Below are positions 29,212 to 40,580 of a DNA stretch of 64,000 nt, piece by piece. The stretch comes from an uncultured Gemmatimonadales bacterium (GTDB taxonomy: Bacteria; Gemmatimonadota; Gemmatimonadetes; Longimicrobiales; RSA9), in assembly GCA_963816355.1 (NCBI GenBank), contig CAWFKH010000003.1, positions 1,344,001-1,408,000 of the forward strand. The letters run 5' to 3'. Position numbers and translations under genes: made by a program. The notes under the pieces were generated by a model. The model was given only the letters and a program-made list of their open reading frames with translations, had not been told where the DNA came from and ran no database searches. Position 1 is the stretch's first letter; each line of letters starts with the position of its first letter.

Positions 29212-30906
29212 CTATACAGCGAATCGCCGGGCTTGTTCCTCGGTTCCCCCGTCGATCTCGAGAGTGGGCCGCGGGGGTGTGGGAGGCGCGGGCTCCGGGA
29301 GGCGGAAACGGCCCGCCATCGCGTCGAGCTCCTCGGCCATGCGGGCGAGCTGGCGGCTGCTCGCTGTGAGCTCTTCCATCGCCGCGACCTGCTCCTGCGT
29401 GGCGGCTGCGTTCTGCTGCGCGCCGTCCATGGCGGTGCGCACGATGGCGTCGACGCGCCCCATCGCCTGCTGCAGGCGCTGCATGCCTTCGGCCTGTCGT
29501 TGAACGGCGGTGGAGAAGGCTTCGATCGACGCGGCGGCGTGCTCGAAGCCTTCGACCATTCCGGTCAGCGCGCCCCGGCTCGCGGCGGCGACCTCGCCGA
29601 CGCCGGAGAGGCGCTCGTCGCCCGCCTCGAGCACGCGGCGGACGTCGCCGATCGCGGCGCGCACGTCCTCGACGTCGGTGGCGACGCCGGCGGCCGAGCG
29701 GGCGGACTGCGTGGCCAGCTTGCGGATCTCGTCGGCGACGACGGCGAAGCCGCGCCCTTCGTCGCCCGCGCGCGCGGCTTCGATCGCGGCGTTCAGCGCG
29801 AGCAGGTCCGTCTGCCGCGCGATTTCCTGAATCGTGCTGACGAAGCCGCCAATGCGGTCGCGGGCGGCGTCGAGGCCCTGCATCGAGGCGCGCAGGCGGC
29901 TGAAGTCCTCGCCGATCGCGACGAGCAGGGTGGCGGCGCCGCGGACGTCGTCCGCCTGATCGCTCGCGTCCCGGGCGAGGCGGCGTGATTCGTCGGCGGA
30001 CTCGACGGCGCGCCGGCCGAGCGCACTGCTTTCGCCGGCGACGCCCTCGACGGCCTCCCGGCCGTCGGCGACGAGCTCGAGCTGCGCGACGGCGGACTCG
30101 GCGACGGCGCTCGTGGTGACGCCAATCTGCTCGGCGGAACGCTGGATCTCGTGGGCGGCGGCGGCGAGCTGGTCGGAGACGGCGGCCAGGGAGCCGGCCT
30201 GGTCCTGGATCTCGCGGACCATGTCGCCGAGCGCCTCGAGCGTGTGGTTGAGGCTGACGGAGAGGAAGCCGAGGTCGTCGAGCTGTCGATAGGGCAGCCG
30301 CACCGTGAAGTCCCCGTTTTCGACGCGCGCCAGCGCGGCGCGCAGCCGTCGCACGCGCTTCATCACCGCCGCCGGTCCCGCGACGGCGAGGATGCCGAGG
30401 CCGACCAGGAAGACGATCTCCAGGACGATGACGCGGAGCGAGGGCTCGCGGCCGGCGGCGATCTCGCCGACGTAGCGGCCCACCGGGTAGGCGAAGGCCG
30501 CCACGGCGAGCTCGACGCGGGCCGCGGCAGGCGTGCCTAGCGCGTAGGCGCCGACGGTGAGCAGGACGAGCGGCATGGCGAGGTAGCCGTGCTCGCCGAA
30601 GGCCAGGGTGAGGCCGAGGAGCAGCAGGCCGTCGACGCCGATCATGCCCCAGAACTGCCATTCGGCGAAGCGGTCGCGGCGCAACAGCGCGGCGGCACCC
30701 GCGTTGGCGGCCAGCGTGAGCAGCGCGATCGCGAGGCCGACGAGGTAAGGCGCCGGAAGGGTGTCGCTGCCGCCGGCGAGGAGCGCGAGGAAGGTCGCCA
30801 GCAGCACGATCGCCCAGCGGAAGCGGATCGCCTCGCCGTGGCGCGCCTGCATGAGCAACTGTCGCTCGCGCGCGAAGAGCTCGCGGAAGTCCACGCTCGC
30901 GGACAT
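29212..30906 (-). CDS. Methyl-accepting chemotaxis protein with multi-TM sensor and HAMP
   Basis: [38 protein letters not shown] ([14 protein letters not shown]); several hydrophobic N-terminal helices. Confidence 0.93.
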   Translation of the reverse strand: MSASVDFRELFARERQLLMQARHGEAIRFRWAIVLLATFLALLAGGSDTLPAPYLVGLAIALLTLAANAGAAALLRRDRFAEWQFWGMIGVDGLLLLGLTLAFGEHGYLAMPLVLLTVGAYALGTPAAARVELAVAAFAYPVGRYVGEIAAGREPSLRVIVLEIVFLVGLGILAVAGPAAVMKRVRRLRAALARVENGDFTVRLPYRQLDDLGFLSVSLNHTLEALGDMVREIQDQAGSLAAVSDQLAAAAHEIQRSAEQIGVTTSAVAESAVAQLELVADGREAVEGVAGESSALGRRAVESADESRRLARDASDQADDVRGAATLLVAIGEDFSRLRASMQGLDAARDRIGGFVSTIQEIARQTDLLALNAAIEAARAGDEGRGFAVVADEIRKLATQSARSAAGVATDVEDVRAAIGDVRRVLEAGDERLSGVGEVAAASRGALTGMVEGFEHAAASIEAFSTAVQRQAEGMQRLQQAMGRVDAIVRTAMDGAQQNAAATQEQVAAMEELTASSRQLARMAEELDAMAGRFRLPEPAPPTPPRPTLEIDGGTEEQARRFAV

Positions 30907-31078
30907 AGGAGTTGGAATCGGCTGGGGCAGGGGGAGAGGGAGGACCCAACATCCTTACGCCGGGGCGCGCACGCTGTCAAGGCTCGAGGCGGCCTCGCGC
31001 GCCGGCGCTGGCGTCGCGGGAGCGGCGCGGCTACATCTGCACGCGACACGACCCCAGTGGATCGGCTCCCGGAGCGCC

Positions 31079-32794
31079 ATGCCCGCGCACGCCTTCAGCC
31101 ACACCGCCCGCCGGGCGGCGCTGTCCGAGATGGCGCGCGCGCCGGTCGACCTGCTCGTCGTCGGCGGCGGCATCACCGGCTGCGGCCTCGCGCGCGACGC
31201 GGCGCTGCGGGGGCTGCGCGTGGCGCTCGTCGAGGCGGTGGACTTCGGCTTCGGCACGTCGAGCCGCTCCACGAAGATCGTGCACGGCGGAATCCGCTAC
31301 CTGGCGTACGGCGACTTCGACCTCGTGCGGGAGTCGGCGCGCGAGCGCTGGGTGCTGCGTCGCATCGCGCCGCACCTGGTGCATCCGGTCGAGTTCGTGT
31401 ATCCGCTCTACGCCGACCAGTGGCGGCTGAAGTACCGCCTCGGCTTCTGGCTCTTCGACCGCCTCGCGGGCGCGCGGGGCGACGAAGGCCACCGCATGCT
31501 CGACGAGCGCGCGGTGCGCGAGCGCGTGCCGGGCCTGCGCCCCGAGCTGCGCGGCGGCGGCGCCTATCCGGAGTTCGTCACCGACGACGCGCGGCTGACG
31601 ATGGAGAACGCCCTCTCGGCGGCGCTGCACGGCGCGCTGGTGGCGAACCACGCCCCGCTGGAGCGACTGCTGGTCCAGGGTGGCGCGCTGCGCGGGGCGA
31701 TCGTGCGCGACGCCGAGAGCGGGCGCGAGCACGAGGTCGCAGCGCGCGTCGTCGTGAACGCGACCGGCGTGTGGGCGGCACGGACGATCGAGCTCGGCGC
31801 GACGCCGCCGCCCGGGCGCGGCCTCGTTCCGAGCAAGGGGATCCACCTGCTCTTCCCCGCGGAGCGGCTGCCGATCGCGGGAGCCACGCACGTGCGGGCG
31901 TCGGACGGACGCGAGGGGCTCGCGATCCGGCGCGGCGACTTCGTCTACGTCGGCACGACGGACGTGCCGTATCGCGGGCCGCTCGATCGGCCCCTCGCCG
32001 ACGGGCGGGCGATCGAGGACGTGCTGCGCATGACGCGCGACGCGTTCCGCGGCCTCGACCTCTCGGCGGCGGACGTGGTGGCGACCTGGGCGGGAATCCG
32101 ACCGCTCGTCGCGCAGCCGGGTCGCAGCACGCGCGACACCTCCCGCAAGGACGAGATCTGGGAGAGCCCGGAAGGGCTGATCACGATCGTGGGCGGAAAG
32201 CTGACGACGTACCGCGCCATGGGAGAGCGGGTGATGCGCCGCGTTCTCGCCCGCCTCGGCTGCGAATTCGGACCGGACCGCACGCGGGCGGTCGCGCTCC
32301 CGGGCGCGCTGGGGACCGCCGACGCTCCCGATGGCGGCGGCGCCCGCGGGCGCGGCGGCACGGGAGGGGGCGCGGCGCTCCCGCTGCAGGAGGCGGTTCG
32401 CGCGCGCGTGCGCGAAATCGGTCACGATCTCGAGGTGGCCGGCGTCGCGCGGGGCGCCGCGGAACGGATCGGCTGGCTCTACGGATTGCGCGCGGAGCGT
32501 CTGCTCGACTACGGCCGCGAGGATCCGCGCTGGCTCGACGCCCTCGGGGCGGAGCCGGCGGTGCGCGGCGAGGTGCGGCTCGCGATTGAGGAGGAGATGG
32601 CGACGACGCTCGAGGACGTACTCGACCGGCGCACGTCGCTGCTCATCTTCTCCACCGACCAGGGTCGCTCCGCCGCGCCGGACGCGGCATCGATCCTGGC
32701 GGAGCGGCTCGCCTGGGACGAGGGGCGCGTGCGCTACGAGCTCGACGCCTACCGCGCGCTGGCGGCCGAGCACGGACCGGTGGCCGCGACGTGA
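31079..32794 (+). CDS. glpD: FAD-dependent glycerol-3-phosphate dehydrogenase/oxidase
   Basis: VVGGGITG, GTSSRSTKIVHGGIRYL, DDARL, VVNATG, KGIHL, GGKLTTYR. Confidence 0.88.
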   Translation: MPAHAFSHTARRAALSEMARAPVDLLVVGGGITGCGLARDAALRGLRVALVEAVDFGFGTSSRSTKIVHGGIRYLAYGDFDLVRESARERWVLRRIAPHLVHPVEFVYPLYADQWRLKYRLGFWLFDRLAGARGDEGHRMLDERAVRERVPGLRPELRGGGAYPEFVTDDARLTMENALSAALHGALVANHAPLERLLVQGGALRGAIVRDAESGREHEVAARVVVNATGVWAARTIELGATPPPGRGLVPSKGIHLLFPAERLPIAGATHVRASDGREGLAIRRGDFVYVGTTDVPYRGPLDRPLADGRAIEDVLRMTRDAFRGLDLSAADVVATWAGIRPLVAQPGRSTRDTSRKDEIWESPEGLITIVGGKLTTYRAMGERVMRRVLARLGCEFGPDRTRAVALPGALGTADAPDGGGARGRGGTGGGAALPLQEAVRARVREIGHDLEVAGVARGAAERIGWLYGLRAERLLDYGREDPRWLDALGAEPAVRGEVRLAIEEEMATTLEDVLDRRTSLLIFSTDQGRSAAPDAASILAERLAWDEGRVRYELDAYRALAAEHGPVAAT

Positions 32795-32867
32795 GCGCGG
32801 TGGAGCACGGACCGATCGTCGCGGCTCGACCGCGGCCGATCCCGACGACGAACCAGCGGAGAGACGA

Positions 32868-34283
32868 ATGCGGATGATGATCCCGATCCTGACTGCGACG
32901 CTCACCTCGGCCGCGGGGCCGGGCGCCCTGGCGGCGCCGGATGCGGTGGCGGCGCCGGATGCGGTGGCGGCGCCGAATGCGGTGGCGGCGCCGAATGCGC
33001 CGGCGGCGCCGGATGCGAGGACGGCGTCCAGCCCGCTCGCGGTGGACAGCACCTATCTGCTGCGGCCGGCCCGGGTCTTCGACGGGAACGACATGCACCA
33101 GGGATGGGCGGTGCTGGTGCGCGGCGAGCGCATCGCGGCGGCGGGGCCGGCGTCGTCGATCGAGCACCCGCCCGACGCGACCGTGGTGGACCTGCCGGGC
33201 GCGACTCTGATGCCGGGCATGATCGAGGCGCACTCGCACCTCTTTCTGCACCCGTACGACGAGACTTCGTGGAACGACCAGGTGCTGAAGGAGCCGCTCG
33301 CCTACCGCACGGCGGAGGCGGTCGCGCACGCGCGTGAGACGGTGCGGGCCGGCTTCACGACCGTACGAGATCTGGGGACCGAGGGCGCCGGCTACGCCGA
33401 CGTCGGCCTGAAGAAGGCGATCGAGGACGGCGTCGTATCGGGGCCGCGCATGCTCGTGGTGACGCGCGCGATCGTAGCGACCGGCAGCTACGGGCCGAAG
33501 GGATACGCGTTCGACGTTCCGCAGGGGGGCGAGGAGGCGAGCGGCGTCGAGGAGCTGACGCGCGTGGTGCGCGACCAGATCGGCCACGGCGCGGACTGGA
33601 TCAAGGTGTACGCCGACTATCGGTGGGGGCCGCACGGCGAGGCGGAGCCGACGTTCACGCTGGAGGAGCTGAAGCGGATCGTCGAGGTCGCCGCGAGCAG
33701 CGGGCGCGTGGTCGCCGCGCACGCCACCACGCCGGAAGGGATGCGCCGGGCTGTCCTCGCCGGCGTCCACACCGTCGAGCACGGCGACGCCGGCACGCCG
33801 GAGGTGTTCCGGCTGATGAAGGAGAAGGGCGTCGCGCTGTGCCCGACGGTCGCCGCGGGCGACGCCGTGAGCCGCTACGCCGGCTGGAACGGCGGCGAGC
33901 CGCTGCCGCGCCGCATCGCCGAGAAGCAGCGCACGTTCCGCGAGGCGCTCGACGCCGGCGTCACGATCTGCGCGGGGGGCGACGTGGGGGTGTTCACGCA
34001 CGGCGACAACGCCCGCGAGGCGGAGCTGATGGTCGCTTACGGAATGCGCCCGATCGACGCGCTGCGCTCGCTCACGTCGGTCAACGCGCGCGTCCTGCTT
34101 CTCGCCGACAGTGTCGGGACGATCGCGGCCGGCAAGCTGGCCGACCTGGCGGCGGTCGACGGAGACCCGAGCGGGGACATCGCGGCGATCGGGCGCGTCG
34201 CCGCGGTGATGAAGGGTGGCACGCCGGTGTGCGGCGCGAGCCTGGGCGCGCCTCCGTGCCGGCGACAGGCGGAGCCCCGGTGA
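32868..34283 (+). CDS. Exported amidohydrolase-family protein (Xaa-Pro dipeptidase-like)
   Basis: MPGMIEAHSHL, GFTTVRDLG, WIKVY, AAHA, VEHG, GGDVG, GKLADL; N-terminal hydrophobic signal. Confidence 0.88.
   Translation: MRMMIPILTATLTSAAGPGALAAPDAVAAPDAVAAPNAVAAPNAPAAPDARTASSPLAVDSTYLLRPARVFDGNDMHQGWAVLVRGERIAAAGPASSIEHPPDATVVDLPGATLMPGMIEAHSHLFLHPYDETSWNDQVLKEPLAYRTAEAVAHARETVRAGFTTVRDLGTEGAGYADVGLKKAIEDGVVSGPRMLVVTRAIVATGSYGPKGYAFDVPQGGEEASGVEELTRVVRDQIGHGADWIKVYADYRWGPHGEAEPTFTLEELKRIVEVAASSGRVVAAHATTPEGMRRAVLAGVHTVEHGDAGTPEVFRLMKEKGVALCPTVAAGDAVSRYAGWNGGEPLPRRIAEKQRTFREALDAGVTICAGGDVGVFTHGDNAREAELMVAYGMRPIDALRSLTSVNARVLLLADSVGTIAAGKLADLAAVDGDPSGDIAAIGRVAAVMKGGTPVCGASLGAPPCRRQAEPR
32931..33017 (+). 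repeat. 18-bp in-frame tandem repeat, about 5 copies
   Basis: gcggcgccg(g/a)atgcggtg repeated; encodes AAP(D/N)AV. Confidence 0.9.
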
Positions 34284-34379
34284 GCCTCGGCTCACGACCC
34301 GGGGAGGGGGCGGATCGAGGACGGCCCGCCCGTCTTCGCGAGGCTCCGCCCCGAGTAGCCGCGGCGGTCGGGCGGCTCG

Positions 34380-35507
<1,128 letters not shown>

Positions 35508-35536
35508 TCGTGGCTCCGGGCTGGAGTGCGAAGACC

Positions 35537-36265
35537 TCAGACGCGGCGCCCGAGCGGTGCGCTCAGGCCGTACGCCTCGAGGAGATCGGGATCGGAGAGC
35601 AGCGCCGGCAGCGGGCCGTCGCTCACGACGCGGCCATCCGCCATGACGACGGCGCGATCGCACAGCGCCTCGGCCGCGCCGAGGTCGTGCGTGGCGACGA
35701 GGAGGGTTTCGGCGCGCGCGCGCAGGATCTCCACGACGCGACGGCGCGCCCGCGCGTCGAGTCCGTTGGTGGGCTCGTCGAGCGCCAGGAGAGGTGGCTG
35801 CGACACGAGCACCGTGGCGAGCGAGGCAAGGCGTTTCTCGCCGCCGCTCAGGTGATGCGCGGCGCGGTGCTCGCGGTCGCGCAGACCCAGCGCCTCGAGT
35901 TGCGCGTGGGCGCGCGCCTCCGCCAGCGCGCGGGTGCCCCCCTCGTTGAGCGGACCGAACGCGACGTCCTCGAGGAGCGTCGGCAGAAAGAGCTGGTCGT
36001 CGGGATTCTGGAAGACGAGGCCAATGCGGCGGCGCGCATCCCGCGCCGTCGCTTCGGAAACGACGATCCCGTCCACCTCCACGCGGCCGCGCGCGGGCGA
36101 CAGCAGACCATTGAGCTGGAGCAGCAGCGTGCTCTTCCCTGCCCCGTTCGGACCGAGGAGGGCGACACGCTCCCCGACCTCCACGGCGAAATCGACGCCG
36201 TCCAGAACGGCCGCGCCGCCCGGATAGGCGAAGGCGAGGTCGACGACGCGCAGCAGCGGCGGCAT
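35537..36265 (-). CDS. cbiO: ECF transporter ATPase (CbiO/NikO)
   Basis: GPNGAGKST, VFQNPDDQLF, LSGGEK, LDEPT. Confidence 0.88.
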   Translation of the reverse strand: MPPLLRVVDLAFAYPGGAAVLDGVDFAVEVGERVALLGPNGAGKSTLLLQLNGLLSPARGRVEVDGIVVSEATARDARRRIGLVFQNPDDQLFLPTLLEDVAFGPLNEGGTRALAEARAHAQLEALGLRDREHRAAHHLSGGEKRLASLATVLVSQPPLLALDEPTNGLDARARRRVVEILRARAETLLVATHDLGAAEALCDRAVVMADGRVVSDGPLPALLSDPDLLEAYGLSAPLGRRV

Positions 36266-36269
36266 GCGA

Positions 36270-37028
36270 CTACGCCGCGGACACGACGACGGCGGCGACC
36301 ACCCCGGCGAGCGCGGCGAGCGCCGCGGCGGAGCGGCCGTCGAGCGGGTGCGGATCGAGCGACGGCATCGTGCCGGCGTAGCCGCGCGAGAGCATCGCCC
36401 TGTGGATGCGCTCGCTGCGCGCGAAGCTGCGCGTGAGTGCCGCGGCGGCGATGCCGAGCAGAAGAGTCCTCCGCTTCACGGCACCCTCGGCGGCGTTGCG
36501 GCTGCGAGCCGCTCGCCGGAGCTGTTCCACCTCGTCGTTCAGGACATAGAGGAAACGGTAGGCGAGGCCGAGCGTCGTCGTCACGACGTCCGGCAGCCGC
36601 AGCGCCCGCAACGCCTCCACGACTTCGGTGAAGCGCGTCGTGCTGACGAGGAGCGTCGCCGCACCGAGCGCGGCGGCACCGCGCCCGAGCGTGGAGCCGA
36701 AGCGGACGAGGCCGGCGTCCGTGATCGGGATCGGTCCCACCCGCAGGAGAGGACGGCCCGGCGCCAGCGCGAGGACCGCGACCGAAACGAGCGCGACGAA
36801 GGCGAGCGGAGGCGCGAGGCGAAGCAGGAAGACGCGCGCCGGGATGCGCCCCAGCGCCGCGAGCACCGCGACGAGAAGCAGCAAGGCGGCGATCTGCGGC
36901 CACGCCCCGAGCGGCAGCACCGCGGCGCCCACGGCGACGGTCGCGGTCCCCAGCAGCCGCGCCACCGGAGCGACCGAGGTCAAAGGAGAAGGTACGTCGG
37001 CGTAGCGGTCCAGATGGTGGAAGCTCAT
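36270..37028 (-). CDS. cbiQ: ECF transporter T component (CbiQ/NikQ)
   Basis: Hydrophobic helices, AYRFLYVL, ARSR and AMLSRGY motifs; ATG 37028 overlaps the upstream stop. Confidence 0.88.
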   Translation of the reverse strand: MSFHHLDRYADVPSPLTSVAPVARLLGTATVAVGAAVLPLGAWPQIAALLLLVAVLAALGRIPARVFLLRLAPPLAFVALVSVAVLALAPGRPLLRVGPIPITDAGLVRFGSTLGRGAAALGAATLLVSTTRFTEVVEALRALRLPDVVTTTLGLAYRFLYVLNDEVEQLRRAARSRNAAEGAVKRRTLLLGIAAAALTRSFARSERIHRAMLSRGYAGTMPSLDPHPLDGRSAAALAALAGVVAAVVVSAA

Positions 37029-37945
37029 GCGCTGCGGTGGTCGCGCGCGGTGGCCCGGAAGAGAAGCCAGCCGACGAGGAAGACGACCGCCACCCCGATC
37101 ACCGCCGCGACCCAGGCGCCGCCCAGGGGGGCCGCGTAGTCCGCCAGCGGCGCATGAACGCCCACCGAGGCGCGACGAACGCCGAGGCGCACCGCGGCGG
37201 CCTGCAGCGCGTCCGGATCGCGCGAAGCGACGTAGCCGGCGAGGACCGCGACGACGAGAGCGACGGCGACGCCAACCCACGCCCACCGCCGCGCCGCGGA
37301 GGCGGCCACGGGCCGCTCCGCCAGCAGCTCCGGCCGCGCGCGCGTGGCGAGCGACAGGATCGCGACCGTGAGGCCCGCCTCCCCGAATCCCACGATGAGG
37401 TGGCCGCCGAGCACCACCAGCAACGCGGAGCGCAATGGAAGGACATCCGAAAGCGAGAGCTCGAGCGCGGCGGCGAGGCCGATCAGCGCCGCCGACACGT
37501 AGGCCGCGGCGCCGGCCGCCGCGAGACGGCGGCGGGCGCCGACGCCCAAGAAAAGCAGCACGCCGCGGTACACAAGATAGCCGCCGCCCGCCCCAAGAAC
37601 CGCCATGTTGAGGGTGTTCGCGCCGAGCGCCGCGATGCCGCCGTCCTGGAAGAGCAGCGCCTGCACCAGCAGGATCGAGAAGATGGCCAGCATCCCGACC
37701 CAGGGGCCGGCGATCACCGCGACGAGGACGCCGCCGAGGAGGTGGGCGCTCGTGCCCGCGCCGAGGGGGAAGTTGAACATCTGGGCGGCGAAGACGAAAG
37801 CGGTCAGGGCGCCCAGCAGAGGCGCCTGCCGTTCGCGCAGCGCGCTGCGCGAACGGCGGGCGGCGACGGCGAGCGCCGCCGCGCTCGCCGCCGCCGTGCC
37901 CGTCAGGACGGGAGGACTGAGGAATCCGTCCGGGATGTGAGCCAC
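37025..37945 (-). CDS. cbiM: ECF substrate component CbiM/NikM fused to a PDGLE-like (N) domain
   Basis: HIPDGFL, FVFAAQMFNFP, GTSAHLLGG, DGGIAALGAN; C-terminal ASRDPDALQ. Confidence 0.9.
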   Translation of the reverse strand: MAHIPDGFLSPPVLTGTAAASAAALAVAARRSRSALRERQAPLLGALTAFVFAAQMFNFPLGAGTSAHLLGGVLVAVIAGPWVGMLAIFSILLVQALLFQDGGIAALGANTLNMAVLGAGGGYLVYRGVLLFLGVGARRRLAAAGAAAYVSAALIGLAAALELSLSDVLPLRSALLVVLGGHLIVGFGEAGLTVAILSLATRARPELLAERPVAASAARRWAWVGVAVALVVAVLAGYVASRDPDALQAAAVRLGVRRASVGVHAPLADYAAPLGGAWVAAVIGVAVVFLVGWLLFRATARDHRSA

Positions 37946-37953
37946 GGCACGCG

Positions 37954-39531
37954 CTATTCTTCCTGTTTGGCCGCCAGCGAGAAGAGCTGCTTCTGCGTCT
38001 TGCCTTCCTTCAGATAGCGGATCGCCGTCTGGAGCTGCGAGTCGAACGGTGCGTTCAAGCGGAACGCCGCGGAATCGCCGAACGCCAGCGTCGCCACGCG
38101 CTGTTCGATCATCCGGTCGACCAGGTCCGCGGCCTCGTCGTACGTAGGTTGCGGCAGGTCCACGCCCTTCTCCCGCAGCCGGTGCATGAAGTCGGTGCGC
38201 CACGCGGGGGGCACCTTGAATCCCGGCTTCACCCGCCCCTTCAGATCGAGGGCCATGTCGTAGAGCGCCACGTACGCCTCCTGCGAGTGCGGCCCGACGG
38301 CGGTCATGAATGCCTGCTCGTTCGTGGTCAACGTGTCCGGCTGGACGGCGACGTCCGGCACGATGCCTCCGCCCCCGAACACGACGCGCCCCTCGTCAGA
38401 GCGGAATTCCGGCCGCGGTCCGGTCGCCGTGTCCGCCTCCGCCTGCGACTCCGTCGCGTCCGGATCCTCCGTGTGGAGACCCCGGCTCTCCCGCTGAATC
38501 GAACGCCCCGCCGGCGTGTACCACTTGCCCGTCGTCAGCTTCAGCGCCCAGCCCTGCTGCAGCGGATAGACCGTCTGGACCAGCCCCTTGCCGAACGTGG
38601 TCGAGCCGACGACGAGGCCCCGGTCGTGGTCCTGCAGCGAGCCGGTCACGATCTCCGACGCCGATGCCGTGAAGCCGTCTGCCAGAACGACGAGCGGCGC
38701 GTCCGGCACGAGCGGCTGCCGCTGTGCGCGGTACACGTCCGGATCCCGGTTGCGGTAGCGCACGCTGGCAAGCTCCTGCCCCGGCGCGAGGAACAGGTCC
38801 GCGATCTGCAGCGCCTGGTCGAGGCTGCCGCCCGGATCCCCCCTCAGATCGAGGACGTACGCGCGCGCGCCTTCGTGCGAGAGCCTGACGATCGCGTCCG
38901 CCACCTCCTTCGCCGACGTGTCATTGAAACGCTGCAGAGGGACGTAGCCGATGCCGTCGTCCAGCACGATGGCGAACGGCACCGCCGGAACGTGGATCAC
39001 CGCCCGCGTGAAACGGGTGCGGATCGGTGCAGCGACGCCAGCTCGGTCGAACGCGACGTCGACCGGAGTTCCCGGCTGCCCGATCAGGCTGTCCGACACC
39101 TCCTTCAGCTTCCAACCCTTCACCACGTGCCCGCTCACCTCGACGATCCGATCGCCCGGCTGCACGCCGCCTCCCTCCGCCGGCGTGTTCGGGAAGACCT
39201 TCGTCACCGTGACCGAGCCCTGTTGATTCTCGATCTGCATCCCGACACCGCCGTAAGCGTTGCCCAGCGCCTGACGCTGGAAATCCGCGAGCTGCTCGGG
39301 AGAGAACAGGTCCGCATACGGGTCGCCCAGGTTGCCCACCAGCCCCCGCGCCGCCCGCTCGTACAGCTCGTCCACCGGCGGCGACTCCACGCCGTCCTGT
39401 GCGACCCGCGCCAGCACCTCCGAGAACAGGCTCTCGCCGTTGCCGCTGTGCCGGCCCTGCAGCAGGAACCCGCCGACGAGCGTCGGCAGTAGAACGAGAG
39501 GTAGGACCGCCAGCTTCCAGTTCTTGCGCAT
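37954..39531 (-). CDS. ctpA: S41 carboxy-terminal processing protease with PDZ domain
   Basis: LGDPY, YGGVGM, LDLRGDPGG, TASASEI, QDHDR, TFGKGLVQ, GGGIVPD. Confidence 0.92.
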   Translation of the reverse strand: MRKNWKLAVLPLVLLPTLVGGFLLQGRHSGNGESLFSEVLARVAQDGVESPPVDELYERAARGLVGNLGDPYADLFSPEQLADFQRQALGNAYGGVGMQIENQQGSVTVTKVFPNTPAEGGGVQPGDRIVEVSGHVVKGWKLKEVSDSLIGQPGTPVDVAFDRAGVAAPIRTRFTRAVIHVPAVPFAIVLDDGIGYVPLQRFNDTSAKEVADAIVRLSHEGARAYVLDLRGDPGGSLDQALQIADLFLAPGQELASVRYRNRDPDVYRAQRQPLVPDAPLVVLADGFTASASEIVTGSLQDHDRGLVVGSTTFGKGLVQTVYPLQQGWALKLTTGKWYTPAGRSIQRESRGLHTEDPDATESQAEADTATGPRPEFRSDEGRVVFGGGGIVPDVAVQPDTLTTNEQAFMTAVGPHSQEAYVALYDMALDLKGRVKPGFKVPPAWRTDFMHRLREKGVDLPQPTYDEAADLVDRMIEQRVATLAFGDSAAFRLNAPFDSQLQTAIRYLKEGKTQKQLFSLAAKQEE

Positions 39532-39738
39532 GAACTCCGCTCTTTCCTTCGAGATACAGCGCCCGGCCAGATGGGCTACGGCGACGATTTCGGGCACCCC
39601 CAAAGGTAGGTGCGCCTCCGCAGCCGCGCCAAGCCCGTTGTCTCGCAACCTTCCCTGATACCGTCGCGTGGGCAGCGGGATCCCTGAAGACTCGCTCTAG
39701 CCCACGATGGGAGCGCGCCTCGCCTCGCTGGCGGCCGA

Positions 39739-39807
39739 CGGCGCACGTCGCGGCGGCCCGGCGGCGCACGTCGCGGCGGCCCGGCGGCGCACGTCGCGGC
39801 GGCCCGG
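39739..39807. repeat. Intergenic 23-bp tandem repeat, 3 exact copies
   Basis: cggcgcacgtcgcggcggcccgg at 39739, 39762, 39785. Confidence 0.92.
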
Positions 39808-39829
39808 CGCGTCACCCCCGTCAAAAATG

Positions 39830-39859
39830 TTGCATCGACCGACGGGCCTCGGCTACTCT
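39830..39859 (+). promoter_or_regulatory. Candidate sigma70 promoter
   Basis: TTGCAT-N18-TACTCT, about 55 nt upstream of ATG 39915. Confidence 0.4.
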
Positions 39860-39914
39860 TGGCCGCCATCTCTCAGGGCGACGACCGCCCCGTCGCAATC
39901 GCCTCCAGCGAACC

Positions 39915-40532
39915 ATGACCGCGATCGAACTCTCTGCCGACCTCGGACTGGTCACGCTCTGGCTGCTGACCGCCAACATCCTCCTCGGCCTCTTGCTGGG
40001 CGTTCGCTACAATCCCTGGACCCATTGGCCGCACCGGCGCTTCAACTACTTCGCCATCCACAACTGGACCGGCTACATCGCGCTCTGTTCGGCCGCGCTG
40101 CATCCCGCCCTGCTCCTCTTCTCAGCGACGGCCGATTTCGGAATCGGCGACTGGTTCCTGCCTCTCGGCCTCGTCAAGCAGCCGCTGGAGGCGACCGCGG
40201 GGTCTGTCGCGCTCTACCTGGTCGCCGTCGTCGTCGTGACGTCGCACTTCCGGCGCAGACTGACGCGGGAGAAGTGGAAGACACTCCACTACCTCGCGTA
40301 CGTCGCGGCAGCCCTCTTCTTCGTTCACGGCCTCTTGATGGACCCGCACCTGGAGGGAAGACCCGTCGACTGGATCGATGCCGAGAAAGTCAGCGTGGAA
40401 ATCTGCGCTGCTGTCGTCGCGGCGGCATCGCTGTTCCGCTTGCGTTTTGCGTTGCGCAGACGGGCGGCGGGCGTCAGGCGACCTCCAAGGCGTTTGCCTC
40501 GGAAGCGGCGATCACGCCCGGCGACGGAGTAG
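39915..40532 (+). CDS. Ferric reductase-like transmembrane (cytochrome b/MsrQ-like) protein
   Basis: About 5 TM helices with paired His (IHNWTG..AALH; KWKTLHYLAY..FVHGL). Confidence 0.8.
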   Translation: MTAIELSADLGLVTLWLLTANILLGLLLGVRYNPWTHWPHRRFNYFAIHNWTGYIALCSAALHPALLLFSATADFGIGDWFLPLGLVKQPLEATAGSVALYLVAVVVVTSHFRRRLTREKWKTLHYLAYVAAALFFVHGLLMDPHLEGRPVDWIDAEKVSVEICAAVVAAASLFRLRFALRRRAAGVRRPPRRLPRKRRSRPATE

Positions 40533-40580
40533 GCGGGAAGGAATTCAAGTCGGGGCGTAGGGGGTGGCCAGGGAAGAAGA

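Noticed and set aside
30952..30980. Sigma70 promoter for the MCP (TTGACA at 30980-30975)
   Set aside because: Perfect -35, but the -10 at 17-nt spacing (TAAGGA) is poor.
39532..39914. Cobalamin or metal riboswitch controlling cbiMQO
   Set aside because: No recognisable conserved riboswitch motifs by eye; an Rfam scan would be needed to exclude it fully.
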